Both the position numbers and the translations under genes were made by a program. This document shows positions 38,801 through 46,218 of a stretch of DNA of 64,000 bases, in pieces. Numbering within the stretch: the first letter of the stretch is position 1; each line of letters opens with the position of its first letter. The DNA comes from a virus, in the IMG/VR virus record IMGVR_UViG_3300027631_000002, positions 64,001 through 128,000 of that record; one strand, written 5' to 3'. The notes beneath the pieces are model-generated. The model did not search any database, had not been told where the DNA came from, and saw nothing but the letters and a program-made list of their open reading frames with translations.

Positions 38801-39430
38801 TATCAATTTTTTAATTCCAAACGCAATTACTGTAAACATACCTGCGATTAAAATCGCTGTTATAGATTGACCAAATGATATTGGTTTTATAAAAGACAGA
38901 ACCCAAGATGATAACATAATAGCTATAGACATAATAACCATAACCTTACCAGCAGTAATTGCTTGTTCTACAGTTATTTTGGCTTCTGCTACTTTCTGAA
39001 ATGCGTGTGATATTAAAACTATTGCTAAACCGAGTGAGACAACTGATAGAAAATCAACTTTACCTATTATTTTAAATGCTAAACCAATTGCCAATACCGC
39101 AACCGCTATTAAAAGTATTGTAGTTACACCTTTTTTAAGATTACTTTGTTTTTTAGGATCTTCACCAGTTTCATCAATAGCATTCTTTTTATCAGAATCT
39201 TTCTTCTTTTGCATCTCTAAAATAGTATTCTGTTTCTCTAAAATCTTTTTAGTATCTGACTTAATAGACTTTAAACTAACTGAAATCTCAGTTAGTTGTT
39301 GTGAGAAATTACCACTTTGAAGTGCATTGGTAGTTGTAGTATTACTACCCTCTTTCTTCTCAAGTGCTTTTGAGATCATTTCAAGTGAATCTGATAAATT
39401 ATTTAATGCGTCTAATAACTGCTTATCCAT
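35891..39430 (-). CDS. tape-measure-like protein
   Basis: About 1180 aa, Ala/Gly/Ile-rich amphipathic repeats with periodic W/F; start moved to MDKQLL at 39430, downstream of a late promoter. Confidence 0.75.
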   Translation of the reverse strand: MDKQLLDALNNLSDSLEMISKALEKKEGSNTTTTNALQSGNFSQQLTEISVSLKSIKSDTKKILEKQNTILEMQKKKDSDKKNAIDETGEDPKKQSNLKKGVTTILLIAVAVLAIGLAFKIIGKVDFLSVVSLGLAIVLISHAFQKVAEAKITVEQAITAGKVMVIMSIAIMLSSWVLSFIKPISFGQSITAILIAGMFTVIAFGIKKLILALGENIVTLGKSILFLPILLPAIALGIALSSWVLAFVKPISFAQAFTAILIAGMFTVIAFGIKKLINALGADISTLGKAILFLPLILPAIALGIALSSWVLQMIVPISFAQAITGILIAAMFTVISFGIKKLIGAFKGLDPAQAAVAAILMPLLLIAMSMAIAKSSEYLGEVVPITFAKFITAIGISIIFVVLAFALKLMAPAIKNIKLGDVVVLPLLFTALSIAIMLSSKILAETTPIDYALLFNIVVFSIVFAISAIAMGFAAFVLAKIGIKKIIEGGLCMIILAGVVAVSSLLISEGKYDNYPGWKWALGTGASILAFGLIATVFGLIIETGIGGAALALGALAIVGIAAVIVAASYILSEGKYANYPGLGWAMGVGISLTAFGLAMAGLGSVILLSFGLGMAALVAGGEAVLLIAQTIVDSAAILSKGNFTGGPTLEWAGGIALALAAFSPVYAMLAANKIMSLFGGGVGPDDFAQAIRTVSMGIVDAANFFSDPKVKNSFKGGPPKEWAEGVGGAIAAFAPVYAALSSGGMFSTKVTPEDMKAGILTIVDGIIAAADAFGVNKSKFDLSNTPSADWGKNVGGALQAFAPVFTYMSENSGWFTSGADAANDMVYGIKSVANAIVSVANKFGTVKKAIWNSYPPSTWITNISKSIKSYVKLATDLMDVDPVSLLNINFIAYSMISTAKIIHNNKRYFTPMNNAFVPSLTRNLTGYKSLSNRLMNTSLFGLAKTNLVALSLVKAAKTIWSGRQYFSKNIDPNYMKNLSKNVMDYAKLANYLTSVDKNSGFFSGVKSLLGLDPISQAARGMITIAGAYDKLATSLKKFGGALSSIDGKKVGLIRNLTGNLAVLASMNKDNLENMMRTLEERASVFSKLVEYDGTKTKRPVVGDKKLAPTAAPLKGGKSKMNTNDQLDMIIQLLSNINQTTMTLDQHVSGASEGQVQTKSVVGGGNSGGGGNWFTNLF
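38390..38915 (-). repeat. 201-nt (67-aa) tandem coding repeat, about 2.6 copies
   Basis: SSWVL..PISF.Q..T.ILIA.MFTVI.FGIKKLI recurs; cccaagatgat at about 38500, 38701 and 38902. Confidence 0.85.
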
Positions 39431-39435
39431 AAAAG

Positions 39436-39444
39436 TATATATTA
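39436..39444 (-). promoter_or_regulatory. putative late promoter TAATATATA
   Basis: 5 nt upstream of the tape-measure ATG at 39430. Confidence 0.65.
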
Positions 39445-39520
39445 AAAAACTTAATCCTTTTAACATTTTATATATTTTTTACTATAATAAATAATAATAT
39501 ATAATAAATAAAATAATCAT

Positions 39521-39985
39521 ATGGAGATGGGACTAAAGAAGACTTTGAAGTACTATATTCTTGGTGAATCTTTAAAAGAAATTGAAGCTAATCGTATATT
39601 AGATAAAATTTCTAAAAAGAAAGCACTTTCCGATAGGGAAAAAAGATTTTTAGAATTATATAATCATAAATCTGAAGAAACTCCTAAAGACCATATGTAT
39701 TTGTCTAAGAATACAACTTGTGAGAGAGTTAGAAATTTACTTGATACTGGTAAGTCAGTAATTTGTGATTTGAGTGATAGAGATGGTAAAATTGGATTAC
39801 AAATTCTAAATATAGAGAATATTCACACTGATGATGATTGTACTGTATTTATGAAAGGAGATGAAACATATAAACTTCAAGATAGATTTTTATACAACAT
39901 AATTTATAATCAAAAATTAAACAAGTATTCCCTACAAGAACAAGGTGAATATTATGAAAAAATAGAGCAAAATAATGAAGATTAA
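39521..39985 (+). CDS. hypothetical protein with DUF6576-like motif
   Basis: ANRILDKISKKKALSDREKRFL. Confidence 0.7.
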   Translation: MEMGLKKTLKYYILGESLKEIEANRILDKISKKKALSDREKRFLELYNHKSEETPKDHMYLSKNTTCERVRNLLDTGKSVICDLSDRDGKIGLQILNIENIHTDDDCTVFMKGDETYKLQDRFLYNIIYNQKLNKYSLQEQGEYYEKIEQNNED

Positions 39986-40256
39986 AAAATTTGATAACTT
40001 TATAAATGAAGTAAGTGGTACTGAGTTAGTTGGTCCAGAAATGGGTATGGGATTTGGTACAACTCCATTAAATAACAATACAATAAGTTCATCAGATACC
40101 TCAGTAATTTTTAGTGATATAAATAATACAATTTATACACTAGATGATTATAATCAATTATATCAAGATTATCTAAAAGCAGGTGGTGGACCATTAAATG
40201 GATTTACGAAAGAGAATTTAGATAAAATTATAGTTTCTTTACAGGAACAGCAGTAG
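39975..40256 (+). CDS. leader-bearing small protein
   Basis: Starts MKIKKFDNFINE. Confidence 0.7.
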   Translation: MKIKKFDNFINEVSGTELVGPEMGMGFGTTPLNNNTISSSDTSVIFSDINNTIYTLDDYNQLYQDYLKAGGGPLNGFTKENLDKIIVSLQEQQ

Positions 40257-40301
40257 AATACAATATATATAACAAATTGATAAAAAAACAGAAATCAAGT
40301 T

Positions 40302-41633
40302 ATGAGTAAATTAGTTACCTTAAATGGTATAAATGATGAAGAACTATTAAATTCTTTATTTAGTAATGAAATATCTATTATAGAAGATATACAAGGAAGT
40401 AAAATTTGGGTTAATTGGAATGGTAAAGAATTCACGATTAAAACAAAGAGTATTTCAAGTGAGCCAATCAATCTTATAGATTTAGCAATGCAGAATTATT
40501 ATAATCCTGCAATTAATTATTTTAACTCTTTAGATAGTAGAGTAAAATCATTGTTAAATAGAAAGTGGTGGTTTTGTTTTGAGTATTTTCCAGACGAGCA
40601 ACCTGCTAATATAGAGTATAATAGAGTTCCTAAGAATAAATTGGTTTTAACAGCTATAAATAAAGCAGGTAAATATGAGTTTTTTTTAGAAGAATTAAAT
40701 GAATATGCAAGACTTTTTGATGTTGAGATTATACCAGTTGTTTTTCAAGGAAAACTAACTGATAAGATGATTGAGGCAATTAAATATTTTTTAAATACTA
40801 GTGAAGAAGATTTAGATTATATTTTTGGTGAAAAGTCATTTACATTTTTCTTTTATAAGATATTAAATCCACTTTCGGAAGGTTCATTTTTAATGGATGA
40901 TGATTTTCAAAAGAATATTGAGAAATTGATTATTAGAAATAACTCGGATGATATGTCATTTGAATTATTAAATCCTTTATATACAAGACTAGGTGAAAAT
41001 AATGATACTGAGTTTGTTGAGATATACACATTGATATTGATAAACTTTTTAAACTTCTGTCAATCTGTTGATTTGAAAGATATAAAGTTAAAAGGTTCAT
41101 CAAAAGATGAAATTTATATCTATTTAATATGTAAACTTTATAATATATATATTAGTGAAGTAAAACAGGATCTATTAGACTTTGATTTTGTAGTACCAGA
41201 ATTTTTTGATAAAGATAAATTTAAAATAAATACAGAACTTATTCTAAATAAAGTAACTAAAGAATATTTATCAGAGTCTGAAAAACTTGAATATATTTTC
41301 AAGGTTATTCTTGGTTCATTTAGTAAGAAAAGAAAAAAAGCAATTGGTATATTCACTGATAATACAGTAAAACTATTCAATAAGTTTATTGATGATATTG
41401 AAGATCATATTGGAACTTACTTACAAAGAATTAGTGAGATAGAATTGACGAGAGCGGGTTTATTAGATTTTGGAGACTTCTTTGATATTCAATATGATGT
41501 TGATGGAGAGGGAGAAGTTTATCCAGATGTTTACTCTGAATTTGAAAAAGGAGTATCAAATGATAAAAAGAAAAAGGGTAAGGGTGGTAAAATGCCAATA
41601 GAACCAATAAATACAACAAAAAAACCCATATAA
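40302..41633 (+). CDS. RNA ligase (Rnl2)-fold protein with degenerate catalytic motif
   Basis: EDIQGS at the position of motif I EKxDGS, FCFEY, IIPVVFQG, IEKLIIR. Confidence 0.5.
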   Translation: MSKLVTLNGINDEELLNSLFSNEISIIEDIQGSKIWVNWNGKEFTIKTKSISSEPINLIDLAMQNYYNPAINYFNSLDSRVKSLLNRKWWFCFEYFPDEQPANIEYNRVPKNKLVLTAINKAGKYEFFLEELNEYARLFDVEIIPVVFQGKLTDKMIEAIKYFLNTSEEDLDYIFGEKSFTFFFYKILNPLSEGSFLMDDDFQKNIEKLIIRNNSDDMSFELLNPLYTRLGENNDTEFVEIYTLILINFLNFCQSVDLKDIKLKGSSKDEIYIYLICKLYNIYISEVKQDLLDFDFVVPEFFDKDKFKINTELILNKVTKEYLSESEKLEYIFKVILGSFSKKRKKAIGIFTDNTVKLFNKFIDDIEDHIGTYLQRISEIELTRAGLLDFGDFFDIQYDVDGEGEVYPDVYSEFEKGVSNDKKKKGKGGKMPIEPINTTKKPI

Positions 41634-41645
41634 TAATGGGTTTTT
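41618..41645 (+). terminator. intrinsic terminator
   Basis: AAAAACCCAT-ATAATA-ATGGGTTTTT. Confidence 0.8.
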
Positions 41646-41658
41646 CTAATATAAAAAT

Positions 41659-41880
41659 ATGAAAGAAATAAATTTAAAAACAAAATCGATCAATGTTGAA
41701 ACAAAGTCAAGACAACTTAAATGTGATTATTCTAGAGAGTTGGTTAAAGATCTTAATTCTTTCCATAATATTGATGTAGAGGCAGAATTAGTAAGACTAT
41801 TAGATAGTGAAATTAAGACATCAATTAGGAAACAAAGTAGAAAGAAAAAAATTGAAAATTTAACGAAACATACTGACTAA
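41659..41880 (+). CDS. mini-protein homologous to a segment of the T4-type major capsid protein
   Basis: VETKSRQLKCDYSRELVKDLNSFHNIDVEAELVRLLDSEI versus recalled T4 gp23 IEAKSRQLKAAYSIELAQDLRAVHGMDADAELSGILATEI. Confidence 0.8.
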   Translation: MKEINLKTKSINVETKSRQLKCDYSRELVKDLNSFHNIDVEAELVRLLDSEIKTSIRKQSRKKKIENLTKHTD

Positions 41881-41892
41881 TTTTCATATAAA
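41867..41892 (+). promoter_or_regulatory. putative middle-type promoter
   Basis: AACA-N16-TATAAA before the PolA-like gene. Confidence 0.45.
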
Positions 41893-41896
41893 AACT

Positions 41897-43129
41897 ATGT
41901 ATATTGAAAATGTAATAATCACTAAAGAAAGCTCTGAAAGCGTAGCAAAACGTATAGATGATAAGTTATTTTCTCTTCAATTTTTACCAGAATGTTTATA
42001 TGGAATATCAACTATAAAAACATTAGAATTTAATAACATTAAACTTAAAACAAACTATCTAATTGATATAGTACATAATTTAATATTAAAGTATTATTTC
42101 AAAAAAGAAAACAGATTCGCTCTAAATGCGACTATTCTAAAGGATAAGTATGGTTATCTTTATAACTATTATATCAACTACTTAGTTTCAAATGGTATTT
42201 TGATACTTAAAACAAACTATCAAAATGGAGTTACATCAAGAATATATGCCTTAGATGAAAATATATTTACTCATAAAATAAAAAGATATAAAAATTTAGA
42301 TAAAGTACTTCTAAAAAAGTATAAAAATAAATTTGTTGATATGATTCATATCAATGATATTTCTAAAGTGAGTTTAATTGAACCACTTATAAAGGAAAAA
42401 TTAGTTTCTGATCTATTCAGTGTTAAAATTGAATATGATAGAGCTATTTTCTTTCTAGATTCCTTAAAACATCAAGATATAGACATATATAACAGAAACA
42501 TATACTCTGTTGATTGTATCAATGATAAACATATCTTTTATCACTTTGATGATTATGGGAGAATGCATACAAACTACACTATTCTTAAATCATTTATTAG
42601 AAAAAACTGTCTATTGATAGATGGTGAAGAAACTTGTGAGATCGACATACCTAACAGCCAGCCATTATTTCTAACTAAAATAATTGACATGCACTCTAAT
42701 CTAGTAGATCAAAAGGAACTTCTCTTATTTAAAGAACTTACCATATCAGGAACATATTATCAATATGTTATGAATCAATTAGGTGAGAGTAATAAGAAAA
42801 AGGTTAAAGAGATGACTTATAAAGTTCTTTTTGGAAGAAATATTGCTACAAGTAAAGTAGATAAAAACTTTAAAAAACTGTTTCCAACAATTCATCAGTT
42901 TATTAAAAATTATAAAAAAGAAAATGGTGATTATAGAGTTCTGGCATATGACTTACAAAAAGCAGAATCGGATTTAGTCTTTAATACCGTTATCAAGAAA
43001 GTAATGCAATTTTATCCAGAGATAAAACTAATAACAATTCATGATAGTATTGTTATACCTAGAAAATATAAGGAAGAAGTGAATCAAATTTTTGAAATAG
43101 AGCTCAAAAAAGAGTTTAACATAAACTAA
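41897..43129 (+). CDS. minimal family-A polymerase / single-subunit RNAP-fold protein
   Basis: DDYGRMH, EIDIPNSQP (motif A), KVKEMTYKVLFG (motif B), TIHDSIV (motif C); no exonuclease motifs seen. Confidence 0.7.
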   Translation: MYIENVIITKESSESVAKRIDDKLFSLQFLPECLYGISTIKTLEFNNIKLKTNYLIDIVHNLILKYYFKKENRFALNATILKDKYGYLYNYYINYLVSNGILILKTNYQNGVTSRIYALDENIFTHKIKRYKNLDKVLLKKYKNKFVDMIHINDISKVSLIEPLIKEKLVSDLFSVKIEYDRAIFFLDSLKHQDIDIYNRNIYSVDCINDKHIFYHFDDYGRMHTNYTILKSFIRKNCLLIDGEETCEIDIPNSQPLFLTKIIDMHSNLVDQKELLLFKELTISGTYYQYVMNQLGESNKKKVKEMTYKVLFGRNIATSKVDKNFKKLFPTIHQFIKNYKKENGDYRVLAYDLQKAESDLVFNTVIKKVMQFYPEIKLITIHDSIVIPRKYKEEVNQIFEIELKKEFNIN

Positions 43130-43145
43130 AAATAATATATAAGAA

Positions 43146-43304
43146 ATGAAAACATTTTATTTAAGAATAAAGAATACGAAAGAAGTTTTAATAAAAACAT
43201 CTTGTTATAGTATCGAAGAAGCAGTTGATTACTTTTCAAAGGTTAAACAATTACCAAAAAAAGATTTAGTAAGTATATTCTTGATTACTGAATCGAAAAA
43301 ATAA
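43146..43304 (+). CDS. hypothetical protein (52 aa)
   Basis: Manual translation MKTFYLRIKNTKEVLIKTSCYSIEEAVDYFSKVKQLPKKDLVSIFLITESKK; TAATATATA at 43133-43141. Confidence 0.6.
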   Translation: MKTFYLRIKNTKEVLIKTSCYSIEEAVDYFSKVKQLPKKDLVSIFLITESKK

Positions 43305-43314
43305 TATATACTTT

Positions 43315-43854
43315 GTGAATTTAGAAAACCCAAATATATCTTATCTTATATTATCATCTGATGGTTTAGATGATATGACATCTGTTCTTTATGCTAAAGA
43401 TTATCAGATACTTCCCTTACAAACTTATTATAGAGAATCTTTTGATAATTCTGCTATGGGTTATAGTGATGTTGATAATGATACACTAAGAAAAGATGTT
43501 ATTTTTTTATTAAATCACTTTCATCAAGAATCTGCGATTATTAAATATAAAGGAGAAAAAAAACCAAGAAGAATCTATAGAACTGGTGCTGAAAAGTTAT
43601 TAGAAATCAATATGTTTAATACTGATTCTGAAAATGTTTCATACTTATATAGAGGATTATCGTTTTCTTTTGTGGAATCAAAGAGATATTGGGTTCCTAA
43701 ATCTAAGGAAGATTTCAAAGTAGGTATGATAGTTGAGTATTTCAATAATAATCAATGGTCTGAAAAAGTAGTTGAAAATCCTAATGATGAATGGGAAAGA
43801 ATGTATAAACTTCTTTTAAAATATGATAAAGTTAGAGTACAATCTATAAATTAA
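43315..43854 (+). CDS. hypothetical protein
   Basis: 179-aa ORF with GTG start; TAATATATA at 43302-43310; terminator downstream. Confidence 0.7.
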   Translation: MNLENPNISYLILSSDGLDDMTSVLYAKDYQILPLQTYYRESFDNSAMGYSDVDNDTLRKDVIFLLNHFHQESAIIKYKGEKKPRRIYRTGAEKLLEINMFNTDSENVSYLYRGLSFSFVESKRYWVPKSKEDFKVGMIVEYFNNNQWSEKVVENPNDEWERMYKLLLKYDKVRVQSIN

Positions 43855-43882
43855 AAAACCTCTCAAAATTTGAGAGGTTTTT
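43853..43882. terminator. bidirectional intrinsic terminator
   Basis: AAAAACCTCTCAAA-A-TTTGAGAGGTTTTT. Confidence 0.85.
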
Positions 43883-43883
43883 C

Positions 43884-44660
43884 TTATTTTATATGAAACC
43901 ACATAATTCTATTTTTTAGACTCGGTGTTTCTTTCATAAAGTATTTATCTTCATTAAGTGACTTTATTACAAATAGTCCATCTTCTTGACCACCATTTAT
44001 ATCGGCTCTTAAAACAATAAATTTATCTTTTGAAATTATATTTGATTCAATTAAAGTATAATTTGTTGAAATTATAAGTTGTTTATCTCCATAAAAATAT
44101 TTTGATATAGTTTCTGGATGTGCTAATAAAGTAGTTCCTGGACCACGTCTATTATTTACTGCAATATAATTACCACACATAAGTAATTTAGACATAATTT
44201 TTCTTTGACTATATTCAAAGTTTTCTCTAGAAGTTTTATCAGGATCATTAGTTAGAGTTAAATCAAATGATGACATTCCACTTTTTAAAACAGGTTGTCC
44301 TTGTGTAAATTTTTCCATATAGTTTAATAAATCTGTATGTAAATCTTCATAAGATGTAAAGGATGTTTCTTGTACAGTCATTGAAAATATTTTTGGACCA
44401 ATAGTCTGTGTAAAGTTACCGTCTAATATTGGAAGATCTACTCTACTGTTCCAAGTAGATTCTTCTTTTTCACCAGTTACAATATCAATGGCTAGTTCAC
44501 GATTTTTTGATTTTATCTTTAATTGTTCTTGAAGTGTATCTTCTTCTATAAAATCCATGTAAGATATAGTAGCAACAGAGCCACTATGTTGTTTTTCATA
44601 AAAATTACATAAGTATTTTATCTCCTTTTTTATTTCTTCTTCAGTTTTAGAAAGTATCAT
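43884..44660 (-). CDS. truncated major-capsid-protein paralogue (axial-domain region)
   Basis: LKSGM..FDL...RKIMSKLLMCGNYIAVNNRRGPGTTLLAHP versus recalled gp23 GKSGM...FDF...LLFQIDKEAVEIARQTGRGEGNFIIAS. Confidence 0.6.
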   Translation of the reverse strand: MILSKTEEEIKKEIKYLCNFYEKQHSGSVATISYMDFIEEDTLQEQLKIKSKNRELAIDIVTGEKEESTWNSRVDLPILDGNFTQTIGPKIFSMTVQETSFTSYEDLHTDLLNYMEKFTQGQPVLKSGMSSFDLTLTNDPDKTSRENFEYSQRKIMSKLLMCGNYIAVNNRRGPGTTLLAHPETISKYFYGDKQLIISTNYTLIESNIISKDKFIVLRADINGGQEDGLFVIKSLNEDKYFMKETPSLKNRIMWFHIK

Positions 44661-45375
44661 AGAAATTACTCATACCTATTTTTTGTGAACTCATGTTTAT
44701 AGATCTAACTAAATCTTCTTTAGATATTCCAACCATTTGTTGAAGAATCTTTTCATTTATTGGGTTACTATCAATTTTATTATGAAAGAAATGATAAACA
44801 CTTATTGGTAATACATTACTTGTTAAAAAGTTTTTAACTTTATGTGATAGAAACTCATCCGCACCACCTAGTCCAATAAATGATTCATTCCAACCACCTA
44901 TTTTTTGTATAGCAGCTTTTCTAAATATAGAAATTCCACTACATAAAGAAGTTTCTTTACCAGGTCTATTGATTTTTAGTATGTCTTCATATTGTAAATT
45001 CGCTTCATTAGGAAAAAGATCAACAATAGAATTATGTGGACTAACCATTTCATACTTATCAAGTGATTGAATAGACTCAATAAGCTTATTAGGATCTAAT
45101 ATAGTGTCTGCATCACCAAATATTACGATATTTGTATTTGATGATTTTAAACCAACATTATATCCCCAAGATTTATTATAAGGTTTGTCAGTTTTGATAA
45201 AGATGTGTTTACATTTTAATGATAAGTGTGATATTTTAGAGTGTTTATCTTGTTCAACAAGAATAACTTCTACATTTGCAAACCCATTTATCCAATCAAG
45301 AACTCGTCTAAGATTGTTTAGCCTATCTGGGCTGTGTCTATATCCAATTATATAGGTAAAAGAATGTGTATTCAT
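44647..45375 (-). CDS. glycosyltransferase (GT2/GT7-like, GT-A fold)
   Basis: VILVEQD, FNKSWGYNVG-like segment, FGDADT (DxD), IGGWNESFIGLGGAD. Confidence 0.85.
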   Translation of the reverse strand: MNTHSFTYIIGYRHSPDRLNNLRRVLDWINGFANVEVILVEQDKHSKISHLSLKCKHIFIKTDKPYNKSWGYNVGLKSSNTNIVIFGDADTILDPNKLIESIQSLDKYEMVSPHNSIVDLFPNEANLQYEDILKINRPGKETSLCSGISIFRKAAIQKIGGWNESFIGLGGADEFLSHKVKNFLTSNVLPISVYHFFHNKIDSNPINEKILQQMVGISKEDLVRSINMSSQKIGMSNFYDTF

Positions 45376-45416
45376 TACTAATTTATTATTTTTCTAATTA
45401 TATTGTATTTTACCAA

Positions 45417-45569
45417 TTAGTTTAGTGGATTTTGATAACCCTTTTGTTGAGTTATAAGTAACATCTGACTAGTTGATAAATCGTTGTGATTCCATCCCAT
45501 TTTTTTACAATATTCTACTAAAAATTTCTCTTTCAAAAAAGAAATTTCTTGTTTCGTTTTAGTTTTCAT
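45417..45569 (-). CDS. hypothetical protein (50 aa)
   Basis: Manual translation MKTKTKQEISFLKEKFLVEYCKKMGWNHNDLSTSQMLLITQQKGYQNPLN. Confidence 0.6.
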   Translation of the reverse strand: MKTKTKQEISFLKEKFLVEYCKKMGWNHNDLSTSQMLLITQQKGYQNPLN

Positions 45570-45601
45570 AACTTTGATTTTTATTTTATATATAATTTTA
45601 C

Positions 45602-45609
45602 TATCTTTG
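45602..45609 (+). promoter_or_regulatory. Bacteroidota-type -7 element
   Basis: TATCTTTG 4 nt before the ATG of the 2H phosphoesterase. Confidence 0.6.
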
Positions 45610-45613
45610 TCGT

Positions 45614-46192
45614 ATGGTATTTAAAGTAAGAGGTATATTAGATTTCAGTCCACAGGACAAAACTAAGAAGCATGCTAGTCAAGCTTCTTGGAAGAGAGTT
45701 GCTATGATCCGAACTGAATGTGAATTAGATAGATACTATGCTTGGTTTTTAAAGAAGAGATTTAGTCTTGAATTAAATAGTACCTTGAGAGGAACTCACG
45801 TTACTTTCATCAATGATAAAATGGACGCTAAAACATTTGAACAATTTGCACAAATCTTCAATGGTAAAGAAATTGATTTCTATGTTGAAACTGAGCCAAG
45901 AAGTAATGGTGAGCACTGGTGGTTAAGAGTTCACTGCCCAGAAGCAGAAAGTATTAGAGAAGTTATGGGTTTATCAAGAGAACCATTCTATGGAATGCAC
46001 CTAACATTAGGATATGCTCTAGTTAAATATCCAGAGGCTACTGCACTAAATGATAGTCCACTTGCAATTAAAGTAAGAAAAGATTATATAGAACATTCTA
46101 AATATATTTTAGAGTGTTGTAAAAGACACGAATTGATTTCTAATGAACCTAGAAAATCTTTAAGTGAACATGAAATAATAGAGTTTAAATAA
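45614..46192 (+). CDS. 2H phosphoesterase superfamily protein
   Basis: Two H-x-T motifs, GTHVTFI and GMHLTLG, about 70 aa apart. Confidence 0.75.
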   Translation: MVFKVRGILDFSPQDKTKKHASQASWKRVAMIRTECELDRYYAWFLKKRFSLELNSTLRGTHVTFINDKMDAKTFEQFAQIFNGKEIDFYVETEPRSNGEHWWLRVHCPEAESIREVMGLSREPFYGMHLTLGYALVKYPEATALNDSPLAIKVRKDYIEHSKYILECCKRHELISNEPRKSLSEHEIIEFK

Positions 46193-46218
46193 AAAAGAGG
46201 ACAAATGTCCTCTTTTTT
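46191..46218. terminator. bidirectional intrinsic terminator
   Basis: AAAAAAGAGGACA-AA-TGTCCTCTTTTTT. Confidence 0.85.

Noticed and set aside
41659-44660. A single capsid gene split by an intron or insertion
   Set aside because: The two capsid-like ORFs are on opposite strands, have their own starts and stops, and together lack much of the capsid protein.
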